From the IMG/VR virus record IMGVR_UViG_643692022_000008: a stretch of 42,310 nucleotides of DNA. The stretch is one strand, 5' to 3'. The number at the start of each line of letters is the position of its first letter. Position 1 is the stretch's first letter. Of this stretch, positions 9,679 through 20,175 are shown one piece after another. The notes below the pieces were generated by a model. The model was not told where the DNA came from. It saw only the letters and a program-made list of their open reading frames with translations, and searched no databases. This stretch comes from a virus (lineage: Duplodnaviria; Heunggongvirae; Uroviricota; Caudoviricetes). The position numbers were made by a program, and so were the translations under genes.

Positions 9679-11144
9679 GCTGCCAGCATCTCCTCAAGCG
9701 CATAGTTATTATTCACCCGGACGCGCAAACTGATAAGTTCAGTCGGCGATTTCGGTCCAAAGTCATAGTTGATATACAGGACACCTGCCGCCATGCTCTC
9801 TGCGGTATTAAGTTCTTCATCCAGCCAGGCCCGACCGCCGAAGATGGCGCCCAGTCCGACCAGTTGTCGCATATAGGCATTAATGGTGCCGATAATGTCA
9901 TCGGCATTTTCGCGATCCAGCGGACGGTCAACATACTCCAGCATGGTTTCCTGAATGCTGTCCTCGATAACATCTGCTGTACGTCGTACGGATTCAAAAC
10001 GCCACTGCGGATCGGTTGCGCACAGACGGTTTCCCCAGTGTTTAAAGCCCGCACGACGGATAATGGTGGATACGTTCTGCATGTTGAGCAGGTTCGCATC
10101 GCAGTTTTCATCCCCGAGAATAAATTCGTCGATCTGCTCCACCCCGAGGATATTGTTGATGTCCTGGTTCGATTTGCTCCACCACCAGCCCTTTTCGTAG
10201 TCGATACGGGCACGTAATCCGGCGGCAAAAGCAGAGTAAGGGCGATACACTAACTGGCCATCCGCATCGGCAGCCTGAACACGCGGTCGCAACAGTTCAG
10301 TACGGGCACCATAGGACTGACGGCGCTGTACCACCTCCTGCAACGTTGCACCGGAAGCACAGTCAACATAAGCCACCGCGCGTAATTTCCCGGCCACCGT
10401 TTCCAGGGCTTTCCCGACCGCATCGTCCTCACTAAATCCCGGCGCAATCACAATACGTGGCTGATACGTGGTAATGGATTTTGCTGATGACAGAAGCCCA
10501 ATCCCTTTCAGTATGGCTGCCCGTTTTTTTGCCCCGTCAGTTTCATCAGCCACCCGCACCACCACTGTCAGCGCATTACGCTGATCATTAATCTCTGTCA
10601 GCGCCTGTTTGAGAGTCCCCTTGTCTCCCAGACGATTAATGAGCGCGGTGCCCGCCACAGCCACAGGCGTATTTAACGGAAAAGGCTCATCTTCGCCCCC
10701 TTCCAGCTTTACACTGAACGTTGCCAACAGCCCCTCGCCACTGCCTTCGGCCTGAACTTTGACGCCATCCAGCGCATTGACCACACTGACCACATCAGCA
10801 GGTCGCGCCGTGATCACCCCCTGCTCATCACAGCCCAGTGTCACCGTCAGTTTGTGCGTAACGTCATCCCAGGATGCCGATGTGTTAACAGCCTGCGGGC
10901 TTTCCGTATCTGGTACCGCCGCCACCGCGTCCACCTGGATAACATTGCCAGCCCGGCCCCTCTCCTTTGCTGTGAAGTTCAGAACGTTATCCAGAATCGG
11001 CGTCCCGGTGGTGACCGCTGCCGCACTCCCGGCAGACGACTCCGGTGCCGTGCCCACCAGACCGATAATAGCCGTCTGGATAGTGGTCACCGCCACAGTT
11101 CCCGAGGTCAGTTCAATTGTTTCAACACCATGTAACTGAGACAT
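9675..11144 (-). CDS. Tail sheath protein (P2 FI-like)
   Basis: Start at ATG 11142-11144 with GGAG RBS; ~490 aa; C-terminal region (GAIFGGRAWLDEE...LYINYDFGP) is sheath-like. Confidence 0.85.
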   Translation of the reverse strand: MSQLHGVETIELTSGTVAVTTIQTAIIGLVGTAPESSAGSAAAVTTGTPILDNVLNFTAKERGRAGNVIQVDAVAAVPDTESPQAVNTSASWDDVTHKLTVTLGCDEQGVITARPADVVSVVNALDGVKVQAEGSGEGLLATFSVKLEGGEDEPFPLNTPVAVAGTALINRLGDKGTLKQALTEINDQRNALTVVVRVADETDGAKKRAAILKGIGLLSSAKSITTYQPRIVIAPGFSEDDAVGKALETVAGKLRAVAYVDCASGATLQEVVQRRQSYGARTELLRPRVQAADADGQLVYRPYSAFAAGLRARIDYEKGWWWSKSNQDINNILGVEQIDEFILGDENCDANLLNMQNVSTIIRRAGFKHWGNRLCATDPQWRFESVRRTADVIEDSIQETMLEYVDRPLDRENADDIIGTINAYMRQLVGLGAIFGGRAWLDEELNTAESMAAGVLYINYDFGPKSPTELISLRVRVNNNYALEEMLAA

Positions 11145-11181
11145 GTCTTTCTCCAGCCATAAAAAAACCTGCCGCAGCAGG

Positions 11182-11799
11182 TCACATTTTCTGATTAGGT
11201 TTATCCGTACTCCCGCCACTGTCGCCGGGGTGGTTGTGCTCGTTAAAGATGTTGCGGATCCCGCTCATACTGCCGGTTTTGTCGGTAATTTCTGCAGAGG
11301 CACCAATATTACCCTTCACCGTCGTATCGGCGTTAATCTGCGTTTTCCCCTGTACAGTCAGGGTATCGGTGATTTCAACCGGACCATCAAGCGTACCCTT
11401 ACCGGTGATTTTGTAAGTGCCTCCTTCGGTCAGGGTGATCGTCAGGGCATGAGCTGCCCGGTCATACCGGATCTCTGTGCCGTCGCTGTAACGGGTAATA
11501 TGTTCGCTGTCGCTGCCCTCCGGCACGGGTAATTTCCCGGTGTTCCAGCCAGGAAACACCCGCCCGTTGTTTAACTCTCCGGCCTCCGACAACACTGTCA
11601 CCGCATCACCGACGGCATAAGGATTCGAATCAGCCCGGTTTGCGCCAGAAAAACCCTGACACAGCGGCAGCCAGGTCGTGATGATATCGCCCAGATCAAC
11701 CCGGCATTTGGGGATACCATCATGCCGGACAGAATGAATCACACCGCGTCGTACCAGATTTGCCAGTCTGCGTTGCAAATCCCCTGTAATGTCACTCAT
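11182..11799 (-). CDS. Baseplate assembly/spike protein V-like
   Basis: Start at ATG 11797-11799 with AGGAG RBS; C-terminal HNHPGDSGGST motif resembles the gpV family; placed upstream of the sheath gene rather than next to gpW. Confidence 0.5.
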   Translation of the reverse strand: MSDITGDLQRRLANLVRRGVIHSVRHDGIPKCRVDLGDIITTWLPLCQGFSGANRADSNPYAVGDAVTVLSEAGELNNGRVFPGWNTGKLPVPEGSDSEHITRYSDGTEIRYDRAAHALTITLTEGGTYKITGKGTLDGPVEITDTLTVQGKTQINADTTVKGNIGASAEITDKTGSMSGIRNIFNEHNHPGDSGGSTDKPNQKM

Positions 11800-12343
11800 C
11801 AGCTCCTGCCTCCAGGATAAGGTAATAGTCGTCCACATGCTGCCGCCCCGTATCCGGTGCTACTCCCAGCCAGACCTGACTCAGTGGCATAGCGGTGCGG
11901 GCGAACGGATCCACGCCAAAAGCTGCCTCCTGGGTAAACGACACCCGCCACACCAGGTAGTCATCCATGCGAGGATCAAATTCGTCACGCTCTGCAGCAG
12001 TGAATACGGCGGGTGAAATGTGAGTCAGACCAAACTGTTGCCCGTCAATCCACTGCGTAATATCTGCTGCCGCTGTTCGCAGGAAGATTTCCGGACAACT
12101 GAGACCAGACGCGGCATCAACCACCACATAAAGATCGCACGAGAGTTCAACATTGAGTTGCCCCTCATTGCCGCCGTTCTGCTCCCAGCTGTTAATGGTG
12201 AAATACACGGCAGGCGTCACCAGCCCGGTGAAACGGGGAATATTTTTTTCAGGATAAGCTCCGGCATCACTTACCCACGTTATCTGCTTCAGCGCACTGA
12301 TAACCGCATCGTGGTATCGGGCCAGAGATAAAGGTTCAGCCAT
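11792..12343 (-). CDS. Virion structural/tail completion protein (hypothetical)
   Basis: 183-aa ORF in the head-tail joining block, overlapping the downstream gene. Confidence 0.5.
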   Translation of the reverse strand: MAEPLSLARYHDAVISALKQITWVSDAGAYPEKNIPRFTGLVTPAVYFTINSWEQNGGNEGQLNVELSCDLYVVVDAASGLSCPEIFLRTAAADITQWIDGQQFGLTHISPAVFTAAERDEFDPRMDDYLVWRVSFTQEAAFGVDPFARTAMPLSQVWLGVAPDTGRQHVDDYYLILEAGADE

Positions 12344-12353
12344 TGTGATGACC

Positions 12354-13010
12354 TCATACAGATATCCTGGCTTTCACCCGCCCACGGATATCTGTTTCAA
12401 AATGGTGCATGAAAATGTCCATTGCTTCGGCAAAGGCGTTATCTTCAATGTAATTGAGCATCGGTTCATAAATATCCACCTCAGCTTCCCGGGTACGCCG
12501 GGTTTGCGGATCACGAATAACCACCGTTCGCCGATTCTCTCGTTTTGAGCGGGCGACTTCGCCATTTTCGAAGGTCAGTGTCGAAAGCAGACTGCCTTTA
12601 GGCGTAAACCCGGCATTTTTTACCTGTCGACGAGCTTTGATAAAACGCCCCGTGGATTTATCCCGCAGGGTATGGCGCGGGCGTAGCCGCCCGTTAATTC
12701 GCCCTTTCAGGTCTTTAACCTTAATGGCGTTGAGACCAAACCAGATCCTGAAATTATCCAGCCGGGAGCCTCTGTCGAGGCGAAAAGAGAGCAGACGGCG
12801 GCGTACCAGCCCGATACTGCGCGGCGCCAGCCCGTCTTTCAGATCAGCCAGCGCTTTTTTGCGCAGGGTGGCAGCAGTTCGTCTGAGCGCCCGGGAGTAG
12901 GCTGCCCGAAACTGTTTTTGTGTGGCACCGATACTGTCCGCAATCTGCCAGATAGCATCCACATCAATATCGATCGGTAAATCCCGTCGCAGTCTGAATC
13001 CTCGCGCCAT
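12354..13010 (-). CDS. Phage virion morphogenesis protein-like
   Basis: Start taken at internal ATG 13008-13010 abutting the upstream stop; lies between head and tail modules. Confidence 0.5.
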   Translation of the reverse strand: MARGFRLRRDLPIDIDVDAIWQIADSIGATQKQFRAAYSRALRRTAATLRKKALADLKDGLAPRSIGLVRRRLLSFRLDRGSRLDNFRIWFGLNAIKVKDLKGRINGRLRPRHTLRDKSTGRFIKARRQVKNAGFTPKGSLLSTLTFENGEVARSKRENRRTVVIRDPQTRRTREAEVDIYEPMLNYIEDNAFAEAMDIFMHHFETDIRGRVKARISV

Positions 13011-13011
13011 A

Positions 13012-13368
13012 TCAGCTCCATTGTTCAATCGGTGGCTGAACGTTTCCCGGTGCGCCATACGCCAGCGTGACACGGGTGCGCCCGGCTTCGTTCGCACCGA
13101 CATGCGTTACCCGGTAGCGAATATTGTTCACCACCACCTCATCATGCCTGGACAGTCCGACAATATCCGTCGTCATCGCACTGAATGCCGGGGCGTGATT
13201 GCTGATTTCTCCGCCACCCGGAACACTGACCGGAGCATCCGGCGTTTCAAAAATCACATTCACCTGACGACATTCATTACCGATGTACAACACTGCGGGG
13301 TATGGCTGCGCAAAAAGTCGCGTTATGCGGGCCTCTGCCCGCATCAGCCGTTCATGGAAATTGCCCAT
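13012..13368 (-). CDS. Head-tail connector/adaptor protein (hypothetical)
   Basis: Start at ATG 13366-13368 overlapping the upstream stop (ATGA); ~118 aa. Confidence 0.45.
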   Translation of the reverse strand: MGNFHERLMRAEARITRLFAQPYPAVLYIGNECRQVNVIFETPDAPVSVPGGGEISNHAPAFSAMTTDIVGLSRHDEVVVNNIRYRVTHVGANEAGRTRVTLAYGAPGNVQPPIEQWS

Positions 13369-13697
13369 CAGTAACCGAGACGCACACACACGGTAGCATC
13401 GCTGGTTTCTGCCGCTGCCCATACGGTTCCCACCAGCGCATTGCCCGATTCTGTTGCTGTCAGCGTGGCAGTATCAGACCTGAGATATACCCGTTTTCCC
13501 TGTGTCAGTTCTTCAGCTTCTTTGGGTAATGCAAAAATCCCCGTGGTATGCAAAACACCTGAGCCATCCTGCAGAATATCCGCATGCGCCACCCCGATCA
13601 GATTGTCTTTAACGACCAGTTCCCCGGATAAGACTGTTTTACCGCTATCGTTCACCCATTCAACGGTCGTACCGTCCTGAACATAATTTTTTGACAT
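13368..13697 (-). CDS. Small head-associated protein (possible decoration protein)
   Basis: 109-aa ORF directly downstream of the major capsid gene. Confidence 0.4.
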   Translation of the reverse strand: MSKNYVQDGTTVEWVNDSGKTVLSGELVVKDNLIGVAHADILQDGSGVLHTTGIFALPKEAEELTQGKRVYLRSDTATLTATESGNALVGTVWAAAETSDATVCVRLGY

Positions 13698-13768
13698 TTT
13701 TACCTCCGGTATAAGCGGCTCCCGACGGTGCCGCCTGAGTAAAAAAAACCGCCTGACGCGGCGGTGAA

Positions 13769-15814
13769 TTACTGTTTTTTGACTTTAACCATGCCACGCC
13801 AGTCAAGCGGTGCGACCCCGGCATCAATGCGCACTTTGAATGCGGCCCCGTCAACGGTAAAGCCCTGCTGCTGTTCCAGATACGGAGTATCGATACCGTC
13901 AAGATAAGCCACTTCAATCGTGTCACGCCCCTGTGCCGCCACCAGGTAATAATCGGTCGGGCTGCTGTCATCCAGACGGGCTTCTGACAGAACGGTGGCA
14001 AAGTTCTGGATCGGGTTAACAATGCCGCTGTTGGCATCTGCCCCCGGTACACTGGAAGATTTAATTAACTGACTTGCCCGGGATTCAATGGCAACAGGTG
14101 TCAGCATAAAGGCCGGACGAATATTCAGGCGGCGGCTACCGGACTTTTGCAGCAACATGGCTTTACGCCCTGCATCCAGTCCTTCAATGGACAGATCCGC
14201 AGTCACCAGGTTGCCGTGATCGGCATGGAACAACGGTTTACCATCAGACATTTTCGGGTTGCTGGTCAGTACGGCCCAGACAAGATCGCCCACTGTGGTA
14301 CGCGCTGCTGCTCCCATTGCCATCGGAATACGGGTCAGCATATCCAGGTCATCGTTAATGATGGTCTGGCGATCAATGCTGAAGAGTTCGCCATACGTAG
14401 CCAGCGCAATGGGCTCACCGCGATCTTTAAGGGTTACATACTTATATTCAGCGCCCGGCTGAACCTGTCGCAGGGTCGGGAAAGCCTCCAGCCCCACACG
14501 GTGGGCAGTTTTAAAATCTGACAGCGTGCCCTTGCGGGTCCACTGGTCAAACGTTTCACTGGCGCTGCCCCAGCCCTGCAGTGCCGCTTTGTGAGCAACA
14601 TCCATCAGGATATTGCCAAAGTCACTGCCACTGTGGGTGAATGCCAGCCCCACCATTGCCATCGGTGCGGCATGTCCGGAAATTCCGATGCCGCGATCCA
14701 CCAGTGAGGCACGCGCCAGTTCGCGTAGCGTAAAGCCGTTATAGGCATTGTCTTTTTCGGCTTCGCTGTACCCTGCGCGAGCCATCACTGCTGCACGGAT
14801 GGAATCACCCACCAGATTGCCGTTTCCTGCGTAAATGTGTGCTGCTCCCGGCCCGGCACAGGGCGTGGTACCCGCCGCCAGCGCCTGCAGCAGTCGTTCA
14901 CGGGCTTTTTCAGCCGAGCAGGTGAAATCGCTCAGGCATTCCGCTTTCAGCGAGGCGAATGCCGGAAATGCGTCGAACACGGCAGAGACGGCGTTCACGC
15001 GTTCCGCATTGGCAGCCTGCATCTGCTGCTGTAGCTGAGTGGCCAGCGCGGCAATATCTACGGCGCCTGGCTGCGGTGTGTCCTGAGATACCTGTGGTGC
15101 CGGAGGCTGGCTGGCCTGCAGTGGGGTAACCTGAGTTTCTGCACGCGGAGCAAAAAGAGCATTAACCTGTTCTGGCATATTCTGATAATCCTTCAGTTTA
15201 TTTTGGTTCACACAGGCCGCAGCCTGTAATTCGGGTTCGAGGGAGTCTGCAAAGCCCTTTTCCACAGCTTCAGCGCCGCTGAGCCAGGTTTCCGATTTCA
15301 GCATGGCCTCCAGCTCCTCCTGCCCCAGTCCGGTTTTATTCATGTAGGCAGACAGCATCAGCGCCTCGTTGCGATCCAGCCAGTCGGCATAATCACGCAT
15401 ATCATCGGAATCACCGGCGATCCCGCCCCAGGGCTTATGCACCATAATCCAGGCGTTTTCAGGCATATGTACTGTGGCTCCGGGAAGGCAGACGATCATC
15501 GATGCCATACTGGCAGCGACACCATCCACCCAGATATCCACCTTCGCTTTCAGGCGTGACAGCGTGTTAAAGATGGCAAAGCCCTGCATCACATCACCGC
15601 CCGGGCTGTGGATATGCAGATCAATGGCGCTGGCCTCAAACACCCCCGCATCTTTACAGTCAGTGATAAACTGCTGCGCGGTGATGCCCCATCCACCAAT
15701 CACGTCATAGAGGAAAATTTCCACCCGTCCGGTTGCCTGTGCACGGATTTCGTACCAGCACTGACCGTTTGCGGCATCGACACCCGCAAGGCTGGCGCGG
15801 GGATTAATCGTCAT
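13769..15814 (-). CDS. Prohead protease (ClpP/S49-like) fused to major capsid protein
   Basis: Start taken at ATG 15812-15814 just after the portal stop; N-terminal half has a ClpP-like serine protease core (HIHSPGGDV...VDGVAASMASMI); long C-terminal capsid-like domain. Confidence 0.8.
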   Translation of the reverse strand: MTINPRASLAGVDAANGQCWYEIRAQATGRVEIFLYDVIGGWGITAQQFITDCKDAGVFEASAIDLHIHSPGGDVMQGFAIFNTLSRLKAKVDIWVDGVAASMASMIVCLPGATVHMPENAWIMVHKPWGGIAGDSDDMRDYADWLDRNEALMLSAYMNKTGLGQEELEAMLKSETWLSGAEAVEKGFADSLEPELQAAACVNQNKLKDYQNMPEQVNALFAPRAETQVTPLQASQPPAPQVSQDTPQPGAVDIAALATQLQQQMQAANAERVNAVSAVFDAFPAFASLKAECLSDFTCSAEKARERLLQALAAGTTPCAGPGAAHIYAGNGNLVGDSIRAAVMARAGYSEAEKDNAYNGFTLRELARASLVDRGIGISGHAAPMAMVGLAFTHSGSDFGNILMDVAHKAALQGWGSASETFDQWTRKGTLSDFKTAHRVGLEAFPTLRQVQPGAEYKYVTLKDRGEPIALATYGELFSIDRQTIINDDLDMLTRIPMAMGAAARTTVGDLVWAVLTSNPKMSDGKPLFHADHGNLVTADLSIEGLDAGRKAMLLQKSGSRRLNIRPAFMLTPVAIESRASQLIKSSSVPGADANSGIVNPIQNFATVLSEARLDDSSPTDYYLVAAQGRDTIEVAYLDGIDTPYLEQQQGFTVDGAAFKVRIDAGVAPLDWRGMVKVKKQ

Positions 15815-17315
15815 CCCGCGACAGGGCGGGCTTATCATTTGCTGCATCAGGGAGCACTCCTTTATCGTTGGCGGCGTCAGAATCGAACACCAGCCCGTTT
15901 TGTCGGTTAAATTCGGTTTCACGCATTCGCTGGCGTTTGACCTCCTGCGGTGACTGCCCTCTGGCACGGATCCACTCGGCTTCTGTTCCTGCTCCACCAC
16001 GAAGAATGGCCCGCCATGCTGCAGCCTCTTTGACGGGATCAATCCACGGCATCACCGGACCAAGATAGGTCGCGTTAAAGAGCGTGGTTTTGTCGATATC
16101 AGGCGGGATATCCATATCAAGCAGCGCCATTGCCAGCCAGGCGCGGTACACCGGACGGCTGAACTGCCCCACAAACCATTGCTGCAGGACGTTATAACCT
16201 TCGTAACTTTCCACCAGTTCCTGACGTTGTGCGCTGTAGGTGCCGTTGTAGTCACGGGCAATACTGGAATAGCTGCCGCGACTCCCGGCGGCAACCGCCC
16301 GCAGTTGCCCGTTACGAAACTCATGGAGGTGGACGTTCGGACGGTTTGACTCAACCATGCCCAGATCTTCCCCCGGCGCCAGGTCGTCGAAAATCATGCC
16401 TGGCGCAATATCAAAGTGGCGGTACTTTTGTCCTGAGGGTTTCCAGTCTTCATCCGCCGGAAAGCTGGCGGCATCACCACGCTTGATGTAGAAGCCCAGC
16501 GCGGCAGCAATGCGGGCAGCCACACGTTCGCTCTCTTCGTAGTCCTTAATGTCACCCAGACGGCGGATCACCCCATGAAGCAGACTTATGCCACGTAACT
16601 GGTGAAGGCGTTTACGCTGGGCAAGGTGCAGCATGTTCTCTGCCGCAATGGTTTTCAGTTCAGCGCTGAAGCGCGTCATACTGGCCGGGTGATATTTGTA
16701 AACCCGGTAACCAACAGGACGCCCCCAGTCGTTAACGATAATGCCCTGGCGGATCTGCTGCCCCGATGTGCTGTTAAGACTGAACGGGACAAAATCAGCT
16801 TCCAGCAGTTCCAGTGAAAACGGCACTCGGGTTGCGTGCGTCAGTCCGGCAACCGGGCCCCGCACCAGCTGCGTGAACATCTCACCATCACGCAGTGCTG
16901 AACGCAGCGCCAGTCGCTCGGCTTCCGGACGGGTAAACACCCCCGTCACCTCCGGACGCACCGACCATTCCGACCAGAGTGCAGATATCTGTGCTGCAAA
17001 TTCTTCATGCAGCTTACCGTCCAGACTGAGCGGTTGCGGCTCCACCTGGATCCCCTGCGCACCAATAACACGTTCTTCCAGCTTATCCAGCAGACCAATC
17101 ACTATGTCATGGTCTTCATCCAGTGCCCGTGCCTGCTCACGCAGAGATACGCCAGCCACACCCACCGCAGTATCTGCCGCCCGACTCTCACGTTTTGTTT
17201 TGTTCACTCTGGAGGGGTGCGCCGCCTCGTAGGCGCGAAGAAGCATTCTGTTTCTGGCGCGCGAAACAGCCCACCCTGGCGCAATCGCGCCAAGTGCCCT
17301 GTCAAAAATGCCCAT
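15804..17315 (-). CDS. Portal protein (lambda gpB-like)
   Basis: 503-aa ORF between the gpW-like and protease-capsid genes. Confidence 0.8.
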   Translation of the reverse strand: MGIFDRALGAIAPGWAVSRARNRMLLRAYEAAHPSRVNKTKRESRAADTAVGVAGVSLREQARALDEDHDIVIGLLDKLEERVIGAQGIQVEPQPLSLDGKLHEEFAAQISALWSEWSVRPEVTGVFTRPEAERLALRSALRDGEMFTQLVRGPVAGLTHATRVPFSLELLEADFVPFSLNSTSGQQIRQGIIVNDWGRPVGYRVYKYHPASMTRFSAELKTIAAENMLHLAQRKRLHQLRGISLLHGVIRRLGDIKDYEESERVAARIAAALGFYIKRGDAASFPADEDWKPSGQKYRHFDIAPGMIFDDLAPGEDLGMVESNRPNVHLHEFRNGQLRAVAAGSRGSYSSIARDYNGTYSAQRQELVESYEGYNVLQQWFVGQFSRPVYRAWLAMALLDMDIPPDIDKTTLFNATYLGPVMPWIDPVKEAAAWRAILRGGAGTEAEWIRARGQSPQEVKRQRMRETEFNRQNGLVFDSDAANDKGVLPDAANDKPALSRDDD

Positions 17316-17323
17316 GAATGACC

Positions 17324-17539
17324 TTACAGAAAGTTAGCGAGTTTGAAGTTGGTGCCGCGACCGTTGACGGCCTGCCAGCGTTTTTCCCAGTATTCAAGCT
17401 CTTTACGAAGTGCGACGGGATCATGGTTGGTAATGGCGCGCCCATTCACGCCAGTAAAAGACACGCTTTTCCCGTCCAGAGAATCACGATACGCCTGGCG
17501 TACCGTGACCAGCATCTGCTGGATTTCAGATTTCGTCAT
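17324..17539 (-). CDS. Head-tail joining protein (lambda gpW-like)
   Basis: 71-aa ORF overlapping the large terminase stop, in the lambda A-W-B order. Confidence 0.7.
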   Translation of the reverse strand: MTKSEIQQMLVTVRQAYRDSLDGKSVSFTGVNGRAITNHDPVALRKELEYWEKRWQAVNGRGTNFKLANFL

Positions 17540-19653
17540 AGCCAGCCTCCGTTACCACTGACCCCCAGCCAGCCGCCAGACAGTGGGCTGGCCTGTTCGG
17601 TGACGGCAACCGGAGATGAACGAGCGGATATCGCTTTTTTCACTCCCCTCTCCCCGGGGCGTTCCCCGTCAATAATGTCCGGATTTGTGTCCTGAGATGC
17701 CGCCCAGGCAGGCGGCTGCTCCCAGTCTCGGATTTTTTCGTAACCACGCAGAATAGCGACGGCATGGGCATAGCAGAACAGGTCGAATGCTTCGTTGTTC
17801 CCTTTACCTGGCTTGCGCCATTTTCCGTCGCTGCCCCGCTCCTCATAAGTCAGCTCCTCGTAAAACCACTCACCGAGCCAGTCGGGAAAATGGATATACC
17901 CGGCCCCCGGGGTTTCACGCTCCAGATTATTGCTGAGTTGATCTTTGAGCAGATCGGTCTGCAACAGATATACCGGTACTTCGCCGCGGGCATCAGCCCG
18001 GCGATCGCTTCGTCCGGTATTATCAGGGTGTGTTCGGGTGATCACTTTCTGGCGACGGGTACTATCACCTTTTATCAGGTATACCCGTTTTCCCAGACCA
18101 TCACGGCGGCATGTGCGCCAGAACTTATACGCATTATCCGTCACACCATCCTCACCCCCACTGTCCACAGCCATAGCCAGCACGGGCATACGGCGGGAAG
18201 GATTTGACTGGAGAGGGTATGTTTTCTCCAGCACATCCGTGATCAGCAACTGCCAGTCCTCAGGGTAAGAGCCCGGATGAATCGTCAGTGCCTCGCCGTT
18301 TTCATCACAGCGCAGGGACTGACGAATGTTATAGCGATCCACCAGCCAGCGTTCGCCGTTCTCACCGTAACCGATAATCTGCACCACAAAACGACGTTTC
18401 TTCCCGCCCTGTACATCCACCGATGCCAGCAGAAAACGCACCTTCGGTGGTACCAGACGTTTACCGTAGTCCTCCGCCCGCTGCATCAGTACATCAGCCC
18501 TGCGCTGTTCGGTCGCCGCGCGTGGCAGATAAGGTAAGCCCCAGTCAGTGTTGATCACCGTTTTCAGTGTTTCTTCACTGCCTGTGGTTTCATAGTCCTG
18601 CTCTGCCGTCAGTAATTTGTAAACCAGCTGTGCCCAGGTCTGGTAAGCCGCGGCGGGACCTTCCATCCAGAAGGACGCGATGCGGGAACGACGGGCATCA
18701 CCCGATACATTCCCGGCTTTATCAATGCTCTGACCTTCCCTGAGCCAGACGCCACGTCCGTTAAGCTCCCGCTTTTTATCAGCTGTGATCACCCCGTTAC
18801 AGTGCGGGCAGACGATATGTGCCGCTTCACTGGCTTTTACCGGATCGGCAATATCGCGGTAACCGGTCATCGCCTCCATAGCAGGCTGAAAGTACCCACC
18901 ACAGTGCGGACAGGGCCAGTACCAGCGACGGCGATCACCGCGATTATATAAAGCCAGAATACCGGTAGTGGGTGGCGCTTCATGGGGTGATTTTCGTCGC
19001 CATTTGGTATTGGTGATTTCCCGCCCTGGCGAGCTCTCCACCAGGGTCATGCCCGCCGACATAAATGTGGTGGTTCGTTTTGAGGCCAGCGAAAAACCAT
19101 CGCCTTCCCCGTCGATATCCTCCGGAAAACGGTCGTAATCCGTCAGTGCAACGCATTTAAAATCCGAGGATGACATGATGTTGACGGAGGGCCAGCCAAT
19201 CTTGAGGTAGTTTCCGGCAAGAAACGTGCGGTCATGAACGTTGTTATCGTTACGCGACGGACTCAGCCTGCATGCCACTTCCGGGCTGACGCGAAATGTT
19301 CTGGCCAGACGTTTTTTGGAGTGTTCACGCGCTTTTTCTTCCGTCATCTGGACGATAAGCATATCCGACGGGTCACACACCACGTTGTACACCACCCAGC
19401 CGTCAATCAGCCCAATTGTTTTACCTGTTCGGGCCGGACCAACAAAAATAACAGCATCATACTCACGTGATGCCAGGCAGTTCATCGGCTCCACGACATA
19501 GGGGGCGAGTTGCGGATCCCATTCGACGGAGTTTCCGACGCCCACGGGAACCCGCATGTACTTATGAACGGCCTCGGCAACAGGCATCCGACGCGGTGCC
19601 TTTATGATCCCGGCGGTATTCTTTCTGACTTCCGCCGCCGTGGCCTGTCGCAT
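17536..19653 (-). CDS. Terminase large subunit (lambda gpA-like)
   Basis: 705-aa ORF following the small terminase gene; N-terminal ATPase region (VIFVGPARTGKT) and C-terminal nuclease region. Confidence 0.9.
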   Translation of the reverse strand: MRQATAAEVRKNTAGIIKAPRRMPVAEAVHKYMRVPVGVGNSVEWDPQLAPYVVEPMNCLASREYDAVIFVGPARTGKTIGLIDGWVVYNVVCDPSDMLIVQMTEEKAREHSKKRLARTFRVSPEVACRLSPSRNDNNVHDRTFLAGNYLKIGWPSVNIMSSSDFKCVALTDYDRFPEDIDGEGDGFSLASKRTTTFMSAGMTLVESSPGREITNTKWRRKSPHEAPPTTGILALYNRGDRRRWYWPCPHCGGYFQPAMEAMTGYRDIADPVKASEAAHIVCPHCNGVITADKKRELNGRGVWLREGQSIDKAGNVSGDARRSRIASFWMEGPAAAYQTWAQLVYKLLTAEQDYETTGSEETLKTVINTDWGLPYLPRAATEQRRADVLMQRAEDYGKRLVPPKVRFLLASVDVQGGKKRRFVVQIIGYGENGERWLVDRYNIRQSLRCDENGEALTIHPGSYPEDWQLLITDVLEKTYPLQSNPSRRMPVLAMAVDSGGEDGVTDNAYKFWRTCRRDGLGKRVYLIKGDSTRRQKVITRTHPDNTGRSDRRADARGEVPVYLLQTDLLKDQLSNNLERETPGAGYIHFPDWLGEWFYEELTYEERGSDGKWRKPGKGNNEAFDLFCYAHAVAILRGYEKIRDWEQPPAWAASQDTNPDIIDGERPGERGVKKAISARSSPVAVTEQASPLSGGWLGVSGNGGWL

Positions 19654-19656
19654 GGC

Positions 19657-20175
19657 TTACTCCTCTTGTGACAAACTGTCCTCCTGTTCTGGCGACTCTG
19701 CCAGCTCAACCTTCATGGCAATCTGATCCCGCAGGTCATCTATGACTTTTTGCACCCTGACGACGGCTGACGGTGTCATTGCACAGTCACGCTCGAGAAT
19801 ATCCGGTAGCGTTTCCAGTACCTGAACGACAGCTTTTGCCATTGAGGCAAACTCCCGGCTGACTTCTGAGGCCGGGATAAGCTCTCCGGTCTCCTGCTGA
19901 AACTTGAGGCGCTCCCGCTCAGACTGAAACCACGCCTTTCGATCCGGCGGTGTCATTTTGTCAACAGCAACCAGCTCCGGCGTCGTAGTCCTGCCCAGTA
20001 ATTCCCTGAGAATATCCAGAACCGAATACAGCTTGAGGCGGGAGTTACTTCCGGGGGCAGGCTCAACATTGCTCAGTCTACTTGCGACGGTCTGACGATG
20101 CAGATTAGTCAGCGCCGCCAGCTGGTTAATATTGAGGCGAAGATTTTTCAGTTCGTTATCCATGATGGTGAACAA
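19657..20175 (-). CDS. Terminase small subunit (Nu1-like, HTH)
   Basis: 172-aa ORF with N-terminal HTH (NINQLAALTNLHRQTVASRL), 3 bp upstream of the large terminase gene. Confidence 0.8.
   Translation of the reverse strand: MFTIMDNELKNLRLNINQLAALTNLHRQTVASRLSNVEPAPGSNSRLKLYSVLDILRELLGRTTTPELVAVDKMTPPDRKAWFQSERERLKFQQETGELIPASEVSREFASMAKAVVQVLETLPDILERDCAMTPSAVVRVQKVIDDLRDQIAMKVELAESPEQEDSLSQEE

Noticed and set aside
17318-17695. 125-aa + strand ORF spanning the gpW-like and terminase junction
   Set aside because: Antisense to two well-supported overlapping minus-strand genes; a shadow ORF.
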